From contig JASGHJ010000002.1 in the NCBI GenBank assembly GCA_047602405.1, positions 1,824,001-1,888,000 of the forward strand: a stretch of 64,000 nt of DNA, in the 5' to 3' direction. Below are positions 1 through 9,607 of the stretch, one piece after another. The DNA comes from Anaeromyxobacteraceae bacterium. GTDB lineage: Bacteria > Myxococcota > Myxococcia > Myxococcales > Anaeromyxobacteraceae. Positions within the stretch are counted from its first letter, which is position 1; each line of letters starts with the position of its first letter. The position numbers and the translations under genes were made by a program. Below the pieces are notes generated by a model, which was given only the letters and a program-made list of their open reading frames with translations, made no database searches and was not told where the DNA came from.

Positions 1-228
1 TTCGGCACCGACGTGGAGGTCAAGGCGCGGGTGGCGACCCTCGGCGGCTTCTCCGCGCACGCCGACGAGGCCGAGGTCGAGCGCTGGCTCGCGACCTTCC
101 CCTCGCGCCCGAAGCGCACCTTCCTCGTGCACGGCGAGCCCGCCGCGCTCGCCGCCGCGCGGGCGCGGATGGACCGCATGGGCTGGCCCGCCGAGGTGCC
201 CGCCCACCTGCAGGAGTTCGACCTGTGA
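1..228 (+). CDS. C-terminal fragment of MBL-fold / beta-CASP metallo-hydrolase (RNA-processing type); gene begins upstream of window
   Basis: Open frame from base 1; GFSAHAD and LVHGE motifs typical of the RNA-metabolising MBL C-terminus; stop overlaps next GTG (GTGA). Confidence 0.85.
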   Translation, partial: FGTDVEVKARVATLGGFSAHADEAEVERWLATFPSRPKRTFLVHGEPAALAAARARMDRMGWPAEVPAHLQEFDL

Positions 229-1493
229 GCCCTCGCCGGGCGCTCGTCCTCGCCGGTGGCGGCGCCCGGGGCGCGTACGGCGCCGGCGTCGTCCGCTACC
301 TCCGCGGCGAGCTCGCCCACGACCTCGGGCGCCAGCCGCGCCTCGACCTCCTCGCCGGGACGAGCATCGGCGCCATCAACGCCTGCTTCGTCGGCTCCAC
401 CGCGCACGCGCTCGACACCCAGGGAGAGGCGCTCGCCGACGTGTGGCGGAGCCTCAGGCTCGAGGAGGTCTTCCACTGGAGCGCGCTCGACCCGTGGGGC
501 CTCGCCCGACGGGCGTGGTCCTTCTACAAGGACCTGCGCAGCCCCGGCTCGCTCCTCCGGCTCTCCGACTTCGTGCAGCCCGACGCGCTCCGGCGCCTCG
601 TCGAGCAGCGCATCGACTGGGGCCGGCTGCACGAGAACGTGCGGCGGGGGCTCGTGCAGGCGCTCACGGTGATCGCGACCGACCTCGGCACCGGCAAGGC
701 GGTCGTCTTCGTCGAGTCGCGGGAGCGGCCGCCGGCGTTCCCCGACGATCCGAACGTCGAGGTGCGGGCCCGCCCGCTCGGGCCGGAGCACGCGCTCGCC
801 TCGGGCGCCCTCCCCCTCCTCTTCCGGCCCGTCTCGATCGAGGGCTCCTGGTTCTCCGACGGCTTCCTGAAGCAGAACGTGCCGCTCCTGCCCGTGCTCC
901 GGCTCGGGGCCGAGCGCATCCTGGTGGTCGTGCAGCGCGACCCGCCGCGCCCTCACCCCGAGCCGCGCCTCGACCCCGGCTCGCCCCCCACCACGGCCGC
1001 CCAGGTGGGCCGCGTGCTCTCCGCGCTCATGGTCGACGGGACCGACCGCGAGCTCGCCCGCATGCACGGCGTGAACGCGCTCCTCGACGAGGGCGAGCGG
1101 ACCTTCGGCGCCGGCTTCGCCGCCCGGCTCGCCGCGCTCGCGGAGCAGGGCCTGGGCTACCCGCTCGCGCGCGTGCAGGAGCTCGTGGTCCGCCCGTCGC
1201 AGGACCTCGGCGACATCGCCCGCGAGCACGCGCGGCGGCGGCTTCGGGCCATGCGCCCGGGCACGCTCGCCGCGCGGCTCCTGCGCCGCGCCGCGGAGGA
1301 GGCGGAGGGGCAGGACGACGGCTCGGCGGACCTCGCGAGCTACCTCCTCTTCGACCGCGACTACGCCGAGGACCTCATCGAGCTCGGCACGGCCGACGCC
1401 CGCGCGCGCCGCGAGGAGCTCGCCGCGTTCTTCGACGACGCCGGCGCCGCGGGCGAGGCCCCCCGCGCCGCGGCCGAGGCCCGCTCGGCGTGA
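225..1493 (+). CDS. Patatin-like phospholipase
   Basis: GGGARG oxyanion motif, GTSIG nucleophile elbow, DGF (DGG-like) motif. Confidence 0.9.
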   Translation: MSPRRALVLAGGGARGAYGAGVVRYLRGELAHDLGRQPRLDLLAGTSIGAINACFVGSTAHALDTQGEALADVWRSLRLEEVFHWSALDPWGLARRAWSFYKDLRSPGSLLRLSDFVQPDALRRLVEQRIDWGRLHENVRRGLVQALTVIATDLGTGKAVVFVESRERPPAFPDDPNVEVRARPLGPEHALASGALPLLFRPVSIEGSWFSDGFLKQNVPLLPVLRLGAERILVVVQRDPPRPHPEPRLDPGSPPTTAAQVGRVLSALMVDGTDRELARMHGVNALLDEGERTFGAGFAARLAALAEQGLGYPLARVQELVVRPSQDLGDIAREHARRRLRAMRPGTLAARLLRRAAEEAEGQDDGSADLASYLLFDRDYAEDLIELGTADARARREELAAFFDDAGAAGEAPRAAAEARSA

Positions 1494-2329
1494 GCCTCCT
1501 CCGCCCGGGCACGCTCCTCGACGGCGGGATGGCGACCGGCCTGTACGCCCGCGGCATGCCCCCGGAGGCGCTCCCGGAGGAGTGGGTGCTCGCGCGTCCG
1601 GAGGACGTCGCCGCCGTGCACGCCGGCCACTTCCGCGCCGGCGCCCGCGTCGTGCTCACGGCAACGTTCAACCTCGTGACGCCGCGGCTCTCCGCGCGCC
1701 TCGGCGAGGACAGGGACGGCCTCGTCGCGGCCACGGCGGTCGGGCTCGCCCGCGCGGCCGCCCCCGGCGCGCGCGTGGCGGGCGCGCTCGGGCCGACCGC
1801 CGTGCCGGGCGCCACGCCCGAGCTCGTCGCGGCGAGGTACGAGCTCGCGTGCCGCGCCCTCGCCGACGCCGGGGCCGACCTCGCCTGGCTCGAGACGCAG
1901 CTCGAGCTCGGCGAGGCGCTCGCGGCCCTCGCCGCCGCGCGGCGCGCGGGGCTCGCCGCGGTGGTCACCTTCACGTTCCGGGAGGAGCGCGGGCGCCTCG
2001 TCGGCGGCGACGGCGCGCCCGCCGAGGCCTGGCTGTCGGCCGCGGCCGCGCTCGGCGCGACGGCGGTGGGGGTGAACTGCGTGGCGGCGAGTCCCGCGCT
2101 CGCGCGGGTCGCCTTCGCGGCGCAGGCCCTCACGGTCCCCTTCGTCGTGAAGCCCAGCCCCGGGCCGCCGGGCGCGCTCCAGGCGCCGGAGGCGTTCGCG
2201 CGCGCGGTCGCGCCGGTGGTCGAGGCCGGGGCGCGCATCGTCGGCGGCTGCTGCGGCGCCGGGCCGGAGCACCTCGCCGCGCTCGCGCCGCTCGTGGCGG
2301 CGGCGGCCGCTCAGGTCGCGCGCGGGTAG
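1490..2329 (+). CDS. Homocysteine S-methyltransferase family protein
   Basis: GTG overlaps patatin stop; LLDGGMAT N-terminus, GVNC and GGCCG Zn-ligand motifs. Confidence 0.85.
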   Translation: MSLLRPGTLLDGGMATGLYARGMPPEALPEEWVLARPEDVAAVHAGHFRAGARVVLTATFNLVTPRLSARLGEDRDGLVAATAVGLARAAAPGARVAGALGPTAVPGATPELVAARYELACRALADAGADLAWLETQLELGEALAALAAARRAGLAAVVTFTFREERGRLVGGDGAPAEAWLSAAAALGATAVGVNCVAASPALARVAFAAQALTVPFVVKPSPGPPGALQAPEAFARAVAPVVEAGARIVGGCCGAGPEHLAALAPLVAAAAAQVARG

Positions 2330-3129
2330 CTGCCGAGCAGGATCAACCGGTCCACCCGGGACCGCACGCCCTCGAGCGCGGCGGCGCCGGCCGGGTCGAG
2401 CCGGTGCCCCTCGAAGTCCACGAAGAACACGTAGTGCCCGAGCGCCTGCTTCATGGGCCGGCTCTCGAGGCGCGAGAGGTTGATGCCGCGCCCGGCGAGC
2501 TCGCCCAGGATCTCGTGGAGCCCGCCCGGACGGTCGCGATCGAGGGTGAACGCGATGGACGTGCGGTCCGCGCCCGTGGGCGCCTCGTCGGCCCGGGCGA
2601 GGAGCAGGAAGCGCGTGACGTTCTCGGGCGAGTCCTGGATCCGCTCCGCGAGCGGCACGAGCCCGAACCTCGCCGCCGCGGCCCGGCCCGCGATGGCGGC
2701 GAGCCCCGGGCCGCCCTCGGCGACCTTCCGCGCGGCCTCGGCCGTCGAGAGCGTGGGCTCGAGGCCCACCCCGGGCAGGCGCTCGCGCAGGAACCGGGCG
2801 CACTGGCCGAGCGGCTGCGGGTGAGAGAGCACGCGGGTCACGCCGGCGAGCGACGCGCCCGCCCGCGCGAGCAGGTGCTGGTCCACGGGCAGGTTGAGCT
2901 CGCGGCGGACGAGCGGCCCCGGCTCGTGGACCATGAGGTCGAGCGTCGCGCCGACGCTGCCCTCGATGGAGTTCTCGACCGGGAGGAGCGCGCCGTCGAC
3001 CTCGCCCCGGCGCAGGGCCGCGTAGGCGTCGGCGAACGTCGGGAACGGCACCGCCTCGTGGGCGAGCTCGCACCGCGACACCGCCTCCTCGCTGAAGGTG
3101 CCCGGCGGACCGAGGTACGCGACGCGCAT
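2311..3129 (-). CDS. pheA: Prephenate dehydratase with ACT domain
   Basis: VAYLGPPGTFSEEA, PVENSIEGSV, NVTRF, ESRP motifs. Confidence 0.95.
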   Translation of the reverse strand: MRVAYLGPPGTFSEEAVSRCELAHEAVPFPTFADAYAALRRGEVDGALLPVENSIEGSVGATLDLMVHEPGPLVRRELNLPVDQHLLARAGASLAGVTRVLSHPQPLGQCARFLRERLPGVGLEPTLSTAEAARKVAEGGPGLAAIAGRAAAARFGLVPLAERIQDSPENVTRFLLLARADEAPTGADRTSIAFTLDRDRPGGLHEILGELAGRGINLSRLESRPMKQALGHYVFFVDFEGHRLDPAGAAALEGVRSRVDRLILLGSYPRAT

Positions 3130-3139
3130 CCTCGCGACC

Positions 3140-3820
3140 CTAGCACCTCTCCCCGGCGCGGGCGCCGAGGAAGCGCGCCACGACGTCCGGCAGCGCGCGG
3201 ACGTCGTCGGCCCACGCATCGGGGCGCGCCGTCGCGAGCGTCTCCCGGGTGCAGGCGCCCCAGGTGGCCGCGATCGAGAACACGCCGGCGGCGCGCGCGG
3301 CCTCGAGGTCGTGCACCGAGTCCCCGACGAGTACGGCCTCGGCGGGGGCGCGCTCGAGCCGCGCGAGCGCGACGAGCACCGGATCGGGGAACGGCTTCGC
3401 GCGGGGCGCGCTGTCGGCCCCCACGACCGCCCCGAGGTGCGGCAGGAGCCCGACGTGGCGGAGCGTGCGCAGCGCGCCGGCCTCGAGCTTGGCCGTCACG
3501 ATGCCGAGCGGGTGACCGGCCGCCGCGAACCCCGTCACCACCTCGACCGCGCCGGGGAAGGCCCGCGTGCGCGCGTCGTGCTCGGCCACCCAGAAGGCGC
3601 GGTAGCGGTCGAAGAGGCGGTCGACGTCCGAGGGGTCGCGCGCGAAGCCGGTGAGCTGGTCGCGGAGCGGCGTGCCGATGCCGGCGATCCACTCCGCGTC
3701 GGTCGGGCAGCGGCCGTAGCCCTCGAAGGCGTGCCGCACGGAGGCGAGGATGAACGGGATGGTGTCGACGAGCGTGCCGTCGAGGTCGAAGAGGATGGCG
3801 ATCGGGGCACGGGAGGACAA
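3140..3820 (-). CDS. HAD-superfamily hydrolase (PpaX / phosphoglycolate phosphatase-like)
   Basis: FDLDGTLVD motif I, KPFPDP, VGDSVHD; TTG start inferred. Confidence 0.9.
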   Translation of the reverse strand: MSSRAPIAILFDLDGTLVDTIPFILASVRHAFEGYGRCPTDAEWIAGIGTPLRDQLTGFARDPSDVDRLFDRYRAFWVAEHDARTRAFPGAVEVVTGFAAAGHPLGIVTAKLEAGALRTLRHVGLLPHLGAVVGADSAPRAKPFPDPVLVALARLERAPAEAVLVGDSVHDLEAARAAGVFSIAATWGACTRETLATARPDAWADDVRALPDVVARFLGARAGERC

Positions 3821-3886
3821 GCGGTCCCGGAGGATAGTGCAAAAGCCCTTCACGGCCGAGCGCCGGTGCGCATCGTACGGTCCGAC

Positions 3887-4366
3887 ATGACGGGCGCCGA
3901 CATCGTGGGGTTCACGGATGGGGAAGCGGTGGTGCTGGCGGTCCACGGGGCGTTCGACGGCGCGGCCGCCTGGACGCTCCGCCTGCGGATGGAGGAGCTC
4001 GGGGCGCGCCGCTTCCTCGTCGACCTCCATGGCGCCGAGGAGGCGTGCGACTTTGCCGCGGGGCTGCTCGCGTCGTGGAGCCGCCAGCACGCGCGCGTGA
4101 CGCTCACCTTCCGCACGGCCGACCCGGGTCACGCGCGGCTCCTCGAGGCCCATGGGCTCGAGGTGGCGCAGGTGGACCCTGACGGGTTGCCGCAGCGCTA
4201 TCGGCACGTACTTCTGCCCACGCCCGGGGTCCAGGGACAGCGCCGCGGACGGCCGCGGGCGAGAATCGCGTCACCCCCATGGACAACGTCCATTTCATCT
4301 CCGGAAGCACCCCGCTCTGCGGACGCGGCGACGCCCTCTGGTGCACCATCCTCCGCGAGGCCGTGA
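3887..4366 (+). CDS. STAS-like (anti-anti-sigma) domain protein; C-terminal extent uncertain
   Basis: VVLAVHGAFDGAAA...FLVDLHG pattern resembles STAS; low-complexity tail overlaps next ORF. Confidence 0.5.
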   Translation: MTGADIVGFTDGEAVVLAVHGAFDGAAAWTLRLRMEELGARRFLVDLHGAEEACDFAAGLLASWSRQHARVTLTFRTADPGHARLLEAHGLEVAQVDPDGLPQRYRHVLLPTPGVQGQRRGRPRARIASPPWTTSISSPEAPRSADAATPSGAPSSARP

Positions 4367-4476
4367 CCTGCCCCGGCTGTCTCGACCGGCTCCGCGCTGA
4401 CGAGGCGACCGGCGGGCGTACCCCGGGCGGCGCCCGGGGGGCCGCCGGCGCCGCGGTCGCCCCGCACGGACGTTGA
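4279..4476 (+). CDS. Small His/Cys-rich hypothetical protein (possible zinc finger)
   Basis: MDNVHF...LCG...WC...VTCPGCL; codon usage gene-like. Confidence 0.5.
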   Translation: MDNVHFISGSTPLCGRGDALWCTILREAVTCPGCLDRLRADEATGGRTPGGARGAAGAAVAPHGR

Positions 4477-4508
4477 CGGCGGGTCGAAGCCCGCCGACGA
4501 TGCGCGCC

Positions 4509-5879
4509 ATGCCGCGCACGCTCATCGAGCCCTTCCGCATCAAGTCGGTCGAGCCCATCCGCCAGACCACCCGCGCCGAGCGGGATCGCCTCCTCGCCGA
4601 GGCGAAGCTCAACCCCTTCCGGCTCCGGGCCGAGGACGTCCTCGTCGACCTCCTCACCGACTCGGGCACCGGCGCGATGAGCGCCGCCCAGTGGGCCGCC
4701 ATGATGAACGGCGACGAGAGCTACGCCGGCGCGCGGAGCTTCTTCCGGCTCGAGGCGGTGGTGCGGGAGCTCACCGGCTACCCGCACCTCGTGCCCACGC
4801 ACCAGGGGCGCGCCGCGGAGCGGATCCTCTTCTCGGTGGCCTGCAAGGCCGGGGACGTGGTCCCCTCCAACTGCCACTTCGACACCACCCGGGCGAACCT
4901 CGAGCACCAGGGCGTCGAGGCCCTCGACCTCGTGGTGCCCGAGGGGCTGCGGCCCGCGGAGGTCCACCCCTTCAAGGGCAACATCGACCTCGGGAGGGTC
5001 GAGGCGCTCCTCGCCCGGGACGGCGCGCGCGTGCCCTTCGGGATGATCACGCTCACGAACAACACCGGCGGCGGGCAGCCGGTGTCGATGGCGAACCTGC
5101 GCGCCTACGCGGACCTGCTCCACCGGCACGGGAAGCCCCTCGTCATCGACGCCTGCCGCTTCGCAGAGAACGCCATCTTCGTGAAGATGCGGGAGCCCGG
5201 GTACGCCGACCGCCCGGTGCGGGCGATCGCGCGCGAGGCGTTCGACCTCGCCGACGGCTGCACCATGAGCGCGAAGAAGGACGGCATGGTGAACATCGGC
5301 GGCTTCATCGCGCTCCGGAGCGACACCTGGCTCGAGGGCGTGCGGAACCTCCTCATCCTCACCGAGGGCTTCCCGACCTACGGCGGGCTCGCCGGACGGG
5401 ACCTCGAGGCCATGGCGGTCGGGCTCGAGGAGGTGGTCGACGAGGCCTACCTCCGCTATCGCCTCAGGACCGCGGAGTACCTCGGCGAGAAGCTCGAGGC
5501 GGCCGGCATCGGCTTCGTGAAGCCGACCGGCGGCCACGCGGTCTACCTCGACGCCCGCACCGTCGTGCCCCACCTGCCCGTCGAGCAGTACCCCGCCTGG
5601 GCGCTCTGCGCCGCGCTGTACCTCGAGGGCGGCATCCGGGGCGTCGAGATCGGCTCGGTGATGTTCGGCAAGCGCAGCGACGAGGGCGTCGAGAGCTACC
5701 ACGCGATGGAGCTCGTGCGGCTCGCGTTCCCGCGCCGGACCTACACGCAGGCGCACTTCGACTACGTCGCCGAGGTGCTGGCCGAGCTGAAGGCGCACGC
5801 GGGCTCCGTGCGGGGCGTCCGCATCGTGAAGCAGCCCCGCCTGCTCCGGCACTTCACCTGCGAGTGCGCCTGGGCCTGA
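4509..5879 (+). CDS. tnaA: Tryptophanase (beta-eliminating lyase family; tyrosine phenol-lyase not excluded)
   Basis: EPFRIKSVEP, DLLTDSGT, PTHQGR, MSAKKDG PLP-lysine motif, EGFPTYGGL. Confidence 0.85.
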   Translation: MPRTLIEPFRIKSVEPIRQTTRAERDRLLAEAKLNPFRLRAEDVLVDLLTDSGTGAMSAAQWAAMMNGDESYAGARSFFRLEAVVRELTGYPHLVPTHQGRAAERILFSVACKAGDVVPSNCHFDTTRANLEHQGVEALDLVVPEGLRPAEVHPFKGNIDLGRVEALLARDGARVPFGMITLTNNTGGGQPVSMANLRAYADLLHRHGKPLVIDACRFAENAIFVKMREPGYADRPVRAIAREAFDLADGCTMSAKKDGMVNIGGFIALRSDTWLEGVRNLLILTEGFPTYGGLAGRDLEAMAVGLEEVVDEAYLRYRLRTAEYLGEKLEAAGIGFVKPTGGHAVYLDARTVVPHLPVEQYPAWALCAALYLEGGIRGVEIGSVMFGKRSDEGVESYHAMELVRLAFPRRTYTQAHFDYVAEVLAELKAHAGSVRGVRIVKQPRLLRHFTCECAWA

Positions 5880-6017
5880 ACTTCGAGGGGCGCTCGGCGC
5901 GCCCCTCCCCGCCGAGCGGAGCTCGTCGGGGGCCCTCCCTGGCAGCGTGCGCGCGATATCCCGTGGCACAGGCGCCGACCTCGGCGCACATTCACCCTGT
6001 GACATGGTTGCCTGTCC

Positions 6018-6461
6018 GTGAACACGCACTTCCAGTGGCCGCGCCGAGGTGGTACGGATCGCGCTTCCACCCTCGACGGACCGACGGGGAGCCCCGTGGC
6101 CATCCACCTCAGCCGCCTCGACGCGCGCACCGCGCTGCTCGCCTCCCAGCTCGTGCCGGCGGCCCCGCGCCACGCGGACCTCCTGCCGGCGCTGCGCCGC
6201 TGGGGCGCCGAGGACATCGAGCTCGAGGGCTCGCAGATCGTCCGCCTCCTCGACGTGCTGCGCCTCACCGCGATCCCGGTCTCCCGGGCGGTCGTCCGCT
6301 CGGTGCCGAGCCCCGAGCTCCGCGAGGACGGCCAGGAGGAGCTCGCGCGGCTCCACAGCCTGGAGGCGACCCTCGCCGAGGCGCTCGCCGGGGACGACGA
6401 GCCGAGCGACGCGCTCTCGCTCGGGCCCGATCCCGCGTGCGAGGGGGCCGGCGAGGGCTGA
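6018..6461 (+). CDS. Hypothetical protein
   Basis: Gene-like codon bias, fills gap between tnaA and response regulator. Confidence 0.55.
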   Translation: MNTHFQWPRRGGTDRASTLDGPTGSPVAIHLSRLDARTALLASQLVPAAPRHADLLPALRRWGAEDIELEGSQIVRLLDVLRLTAIPVSRAVVRSVPSPELREDGQEELARLHSLEATLAEALAGDDEPSDALSLGPDPACEGAGEG

Positions 6462-6511
6462 GCCCCGCCGGAGGTATCGCCTCGTGGCAGGGCGCTGTAG
6501 CATGGCGCCGC

Positions 6512-7564
6512 GTGAGACGCCTCCTCCTCGTCGACGACTCCCGCACGGTCCGGGACGCCCTCCACACGGCGCTCGACCCGTACGGCTTCGAGCTCGTGGA
6601 CGCCGAGAACGGCGCGGTCGCGCTGCAGCACCTCGGGGCCTCGCACTTCGACCTCGCCTTCGTCGACCTCAACATGCCGGTGCTGGACGGCCCGGCGCTC
6701 GTGCGGATGATGCGCGCGCGGGGGATGGCGACGAAGGTCGTGCTCGTCACCTCGGGCGCGGACACCACGACCGTGGCGGGTGCCATCAAGTCGGGCGCGA
6801 GCGACTACGTCCAGAAGCCCTTCACGCCCGGGCAGATCCGGGACGTGGCCGCCAAGGTGCTCGGCCTCGATCCCGGCGAGTGGGTCGAGAGCCCCGCCGA
6901 CGTCGTCGTGCAGCACTCGAACCCCTGGGTGGCCGGCCGCCTGCGCGGCATCGTGCCGGCCCGGGTCCGGCTCCACGCGAGCGACACCCTCGCGAGGACG
7001 CTGGAGCTCGCCGAGGCGAAGCGCCCCGCGCTGGTCCTCCTCGACGAGGAGGTGCTCGAGGGCGACGTGGTCGCGGCCGCCGAGGTCGTCCGGAACGTGG
7101 TGCCCGGCGCGGCGATCTTCGCGCTCTCCGACAACGCCACGAAGGACCGCGCCTGGAAGCCCGAGGGCCCGCTCGACGGCCACCTGCCGCTCCTCATGGC
7201 GGAGCCCGTGGTGCGCGGGTTCCTCTACCCGATCTTCCTGAGGCCCCTCGTCTTCGGGGCCGGGACCGGCTCGCTCCGCTGCGCCGGCTTCGAGGGCGAG
7301 GCCACGTTCCACGACGCGTACTTCTCCGCCCTCGGCCGGGCCGTGCTCGACACCGCGGTGCGCGAGGACGTGACGCGGGACCTCGCGATCGACCTCACCC
7401 GCGTGCCGCCCTGGGAGCCGCGCATCGCCGCGCTCGTGGCGCTCCTGCGGGAGAAGCTCGACGAGCAGGGCCACGCGCCGACCTTCCGGGTCCCCGGCGC
7501 GCTGATCGCCCCCCTGAAGCACCGCCCGGAGCTCGCGCGGGCGCTGATCACCGGGCCGGCGTGA
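6512..7564 (+). CDS. Response regulator (REC domain, degenerate second REC, unknown C-terminal domain)
   Basis: LLLVDDS, FVDLNMPVLDG, GASDYVQKPF; second REC-like PALVLLD segment. Confidence 0.85.
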   Translation: MRRLLLVDDSRTVRDALHTALDPYGFELVDAENGAVALQHLGASHFDLAFVDLNMPVLDGPALVRMMRARGMATKVVLVTSGADTTTVAGAIKSGASDYVQKPFTPGQIRDVAAKVLGLDPGEWVESPADVVVQHSNPWVAGRLRGIVPARVRLHASDTLARTLELAEAKRPALVLLDEEVLEGDVVAAAEVVRNVVPGAAIFALSDNATKDRAWKPEGPLDGHLPLLMAEPVVRGFLYPIFLRPLVFGAGTGSLRCAGFEGEATFHDAYFSALGRAVLDTAVREDVTRDLAIDLTRVPPWEPRIAALVALLREKLDEQGHAPTFRVPGALIAPLKHRPELARALITGPA

Positions 7565-7636
7565 GCGAAGGTCTCGGGATCGCCTCCCGCCCGTCCGCAG
7601 AACCGCGATTCCCGTTCACTCCCAGAGAACCCGCAC

Positions 7637-7687
7637 CCGTTCGCCCCGAGCGTAGAGGCCGCGAAGCGGCCTCGGAGACGAGGGGCG
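7637..7687 (+). repeat. REP-like palindromic element, copy 1
   Basis: CCGTTCGCCCCGAGCGTAG followed by GAGGCCGC-GAA-GCGGCCTC hairpin; related copies at 53602-53644 and 59930-59963. Confidence 0.6.
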
Positions 7688-7754
7688 CCCCGCGGCTCCC
7701 GCCCTGGGACCCAGCGTTGCCGAACTTGAATTCGGCAGATGTTCGCCGACCGCC

Positions 7755-8603
7755 CTACAGCCGCGGCGCCCGGAACGGCGCCCCCATCACGAGCCGCGTC
7801 ACCCGGAACCGCTGCCCCGCGAACGGCGCCAGCAGCTCGAGCATCCGCGCGTCGTCCCCCCGCGGCTCCTCCGCGAGCGCCCAGCACACGAGCCGCGGCG
7901 CGTGCAGGTCGCCCACCAGCACCGCGTCCGGGTCGCCCGCCCCGTAGCCCAGCACCATCCCCACGGTCCATTCGCCGATCCCGTGGAGCGCGAGCAGCCG
8001 CTCCCGCAGCGCCGCGCGGTCGGCGCCGGCGAGGAACGGCCGCCGCGCTTCCTCCCGCGCGAGCGTCACGAGCGCCCGGCCCCGCTTCGGATCGACGCCG
8101 AGCCGCTCGAGCTCCCAGCCCGGCAGCCCGGCCACGACCGCCGGCGGCGGGAAGGCCGTGCCGAGCGGCCCGCGCGTCCCGTGCGAGAGCGCGATCCGCT
8201 TCCAGGAGAGCCGCGCGTCCTGCATCGTCACGCGCTGCTCGAGGATCGCCGCGCAGGCCACGTCGAAGCGCCAGGGCACCGGGACGAGCCGCAGCCCGCC
8301 GAGGCCGCGGTGCAGCCGCCGCACGAGCGCGTGCTCCGGCGCGAAGGTCGCGTGGCCGTCTTCGGGCGGGAGCACGGCGAGCCAGCCCGTGAGCACCGCG
8401 TCGGCGTCCGGCCCGTCGGCCTCCACCACCACCTCGCTGCCCTCGCGGTAGAGCGAGACCCGCACCGGCCCACCGGCGGCGTGGAACGTCTTCACGAGCC
8501 GGTCCGGCCCGAGCTGGGCCGTGGGATCGCCCATGCCCATGCGGTGCATCGCGAACGAGCGCTGCACGTCGAGCGGGGCGAAGGCGAGGCGGGCGGAGGG
8601 CAC
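7755..8603 (-). CDS. DNA-3-methyladenine glycosylase II family (AlkA-like HhH-GPD)
   Basis: AILEQRV, FPPPA, LLALHGIGEWT HhH motif, GDPDAVLVGD. Confidence 0.85.
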   Translation of the reverse strand: MPSARLAFAPLDVQRSFAMHRMGMGDPTAQLGPDRLVKTFHAAGGPVRVSLYREGSEVVVEADGPDADAVLTGWLAVLPPEDGHATFAPEHALVRRLHRGLGGLRLVPVPWRFDVACAAILEQRVTMQDARLSWKRIALSHGTRGPLGTAFPPPAVVAGLPGWELERLGVDPKRGRALVTLAREEARRPFLAGADRAALRERLLALHGIGEWTVGMVLGYGAGDPDAVLVGDLHAPRLVCWALAEEPRGDDARMLELLAPFAGQRFRVTRLVMGAPFRAPRL

Positions 8604-8653
8604 GTTCGCAGCATCGCACGGACCCCGGGGCCCCGGAGCGGCAGGCGCCCCCT

Positions 8654-9040
8654 TCAGAAGTCCCCGGACACGTAGCCGTCCTGCTCGACCCAGCAGACCC
8701 TGGGGTCGATGGACATGAGGAGGGCGTCGTCGCGGGAGAGGCCCGACACCGCGAACCCGGTGATGACCGTCCAGGTGGCGATCACCTTGCCGCCGTACTC
8801 CTGGACGAGGGCCGGCGCGACGGCCTCCGCGGACCCGCCGTTCAGCACGACGATCCACTGCCCAGGCACGCCGGACGAGTGGGGGACGAAGCGGTGCGGA
8901 GGTGCCCCCGGACCGCAGGCCGGATCGGGCGCGCTGTACGCGCGCGCCATCGCCTCCTCGCTCACCTTCGGGCGATCGACGGAGCCGCCGCAGGCGGTCA
9001 GCATGGCGAGAAAGGCGGCCGAAGGGAGCGCACGAGGCAT
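8654..9040 (-). CDS. Lipoprotein with stand-alone peptidase inhibitor I9 (subtilisin propeptide-like) domain
   Basis: Lipobox LTAC; PGQWIVVL...GGKV...GFAV...DPRVCWVEQD matches I9 propeptide pattern; stop follows immediately. Confidence 0.7.
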   Translation of the reverse strand: MPRALPSAAFLAMLTACGGSVDRPKVSEEAMARAYSAPDPACGPGAPPHRFVPHSSGVPGQWIVVLNGGSAEAVAPALVQEYGGKVIATWTVITGFAVSGLSRDDALLMSIDPRVCWVEQDGYVSGDF

Positions 9041-9218
9041 CGGAGCACCTCCGCGAGTACCCTACGACCTGGCGCTGGGAATTGACGGACCGTGCAGCGA
9101 GCCGCTCCATCCGTGCAGCCAGACGCTCGCCGCGCCTCGCGGCGCGGCCGGATACGAACCCTCTTGGGCCGCGCGCAGACGTCTGCGCGCGGCGGAGAAC
9201 CTCGCAGCAGCCAAAGAC

Positions 9219-9250
9219 GAAGCCCCGAGCCCTTGCGGACTCGGGGCTTC
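9219..9250 (-). terminator. Hairpin, probable intrinsic terminator downstream of duplicated tRNA 3' fragment
   Basis: 11-bp perfect stem GAAGCCCCGAG/CTCGGGGCTTC followed by GTCTTT on minus strand. Confidence 0.6.
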
Positions 9251-9252
9251 TC

Positions 9253-9289
9253 GTGTGGGCAGCACAGGGCTCTGAACCTGTGACCCTCC
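9253..9289 (-). repeat. Duplicated 3' end of tRNA-Val (att-like direct repeat)
   Basis: GTGTGGGCAGCACAGGGCTC[T]GAACCTGTGACCCTCC is identical to 10300-10335 except one inserted T in the T-loop. Confidence 0.9.
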
Positions 9290-9607
9290 GCAAGGACGCG
9301 CTCCCGTCGCCGTTTCATGCGGGACGATGAACTCGCCACGTTTCTGCGCACGATCGAGCCCGCGCACCCGCCCGGAGCGGCTCCGCCTCGTGAGGAAGCA
9401 GGGCGAGGCGGTACTGTTCGCGCTCGGGATCCTCCGCCGCTTGGGCGAACGCCCGAGCCAGAGGCGCTGGCGCGGTTCGATGAAGGCTGGGAACGCTGGA
9501 TCAGGAAGCCCGCCGCGTCCGCTCCGAACGCGACGGGTGGTGACGCGGGCGTGGACCGCGACACCTAGGCGGCGGGCGGGGTCGCAGTTGCGGCCCTGCC
9601 CGCGCGC

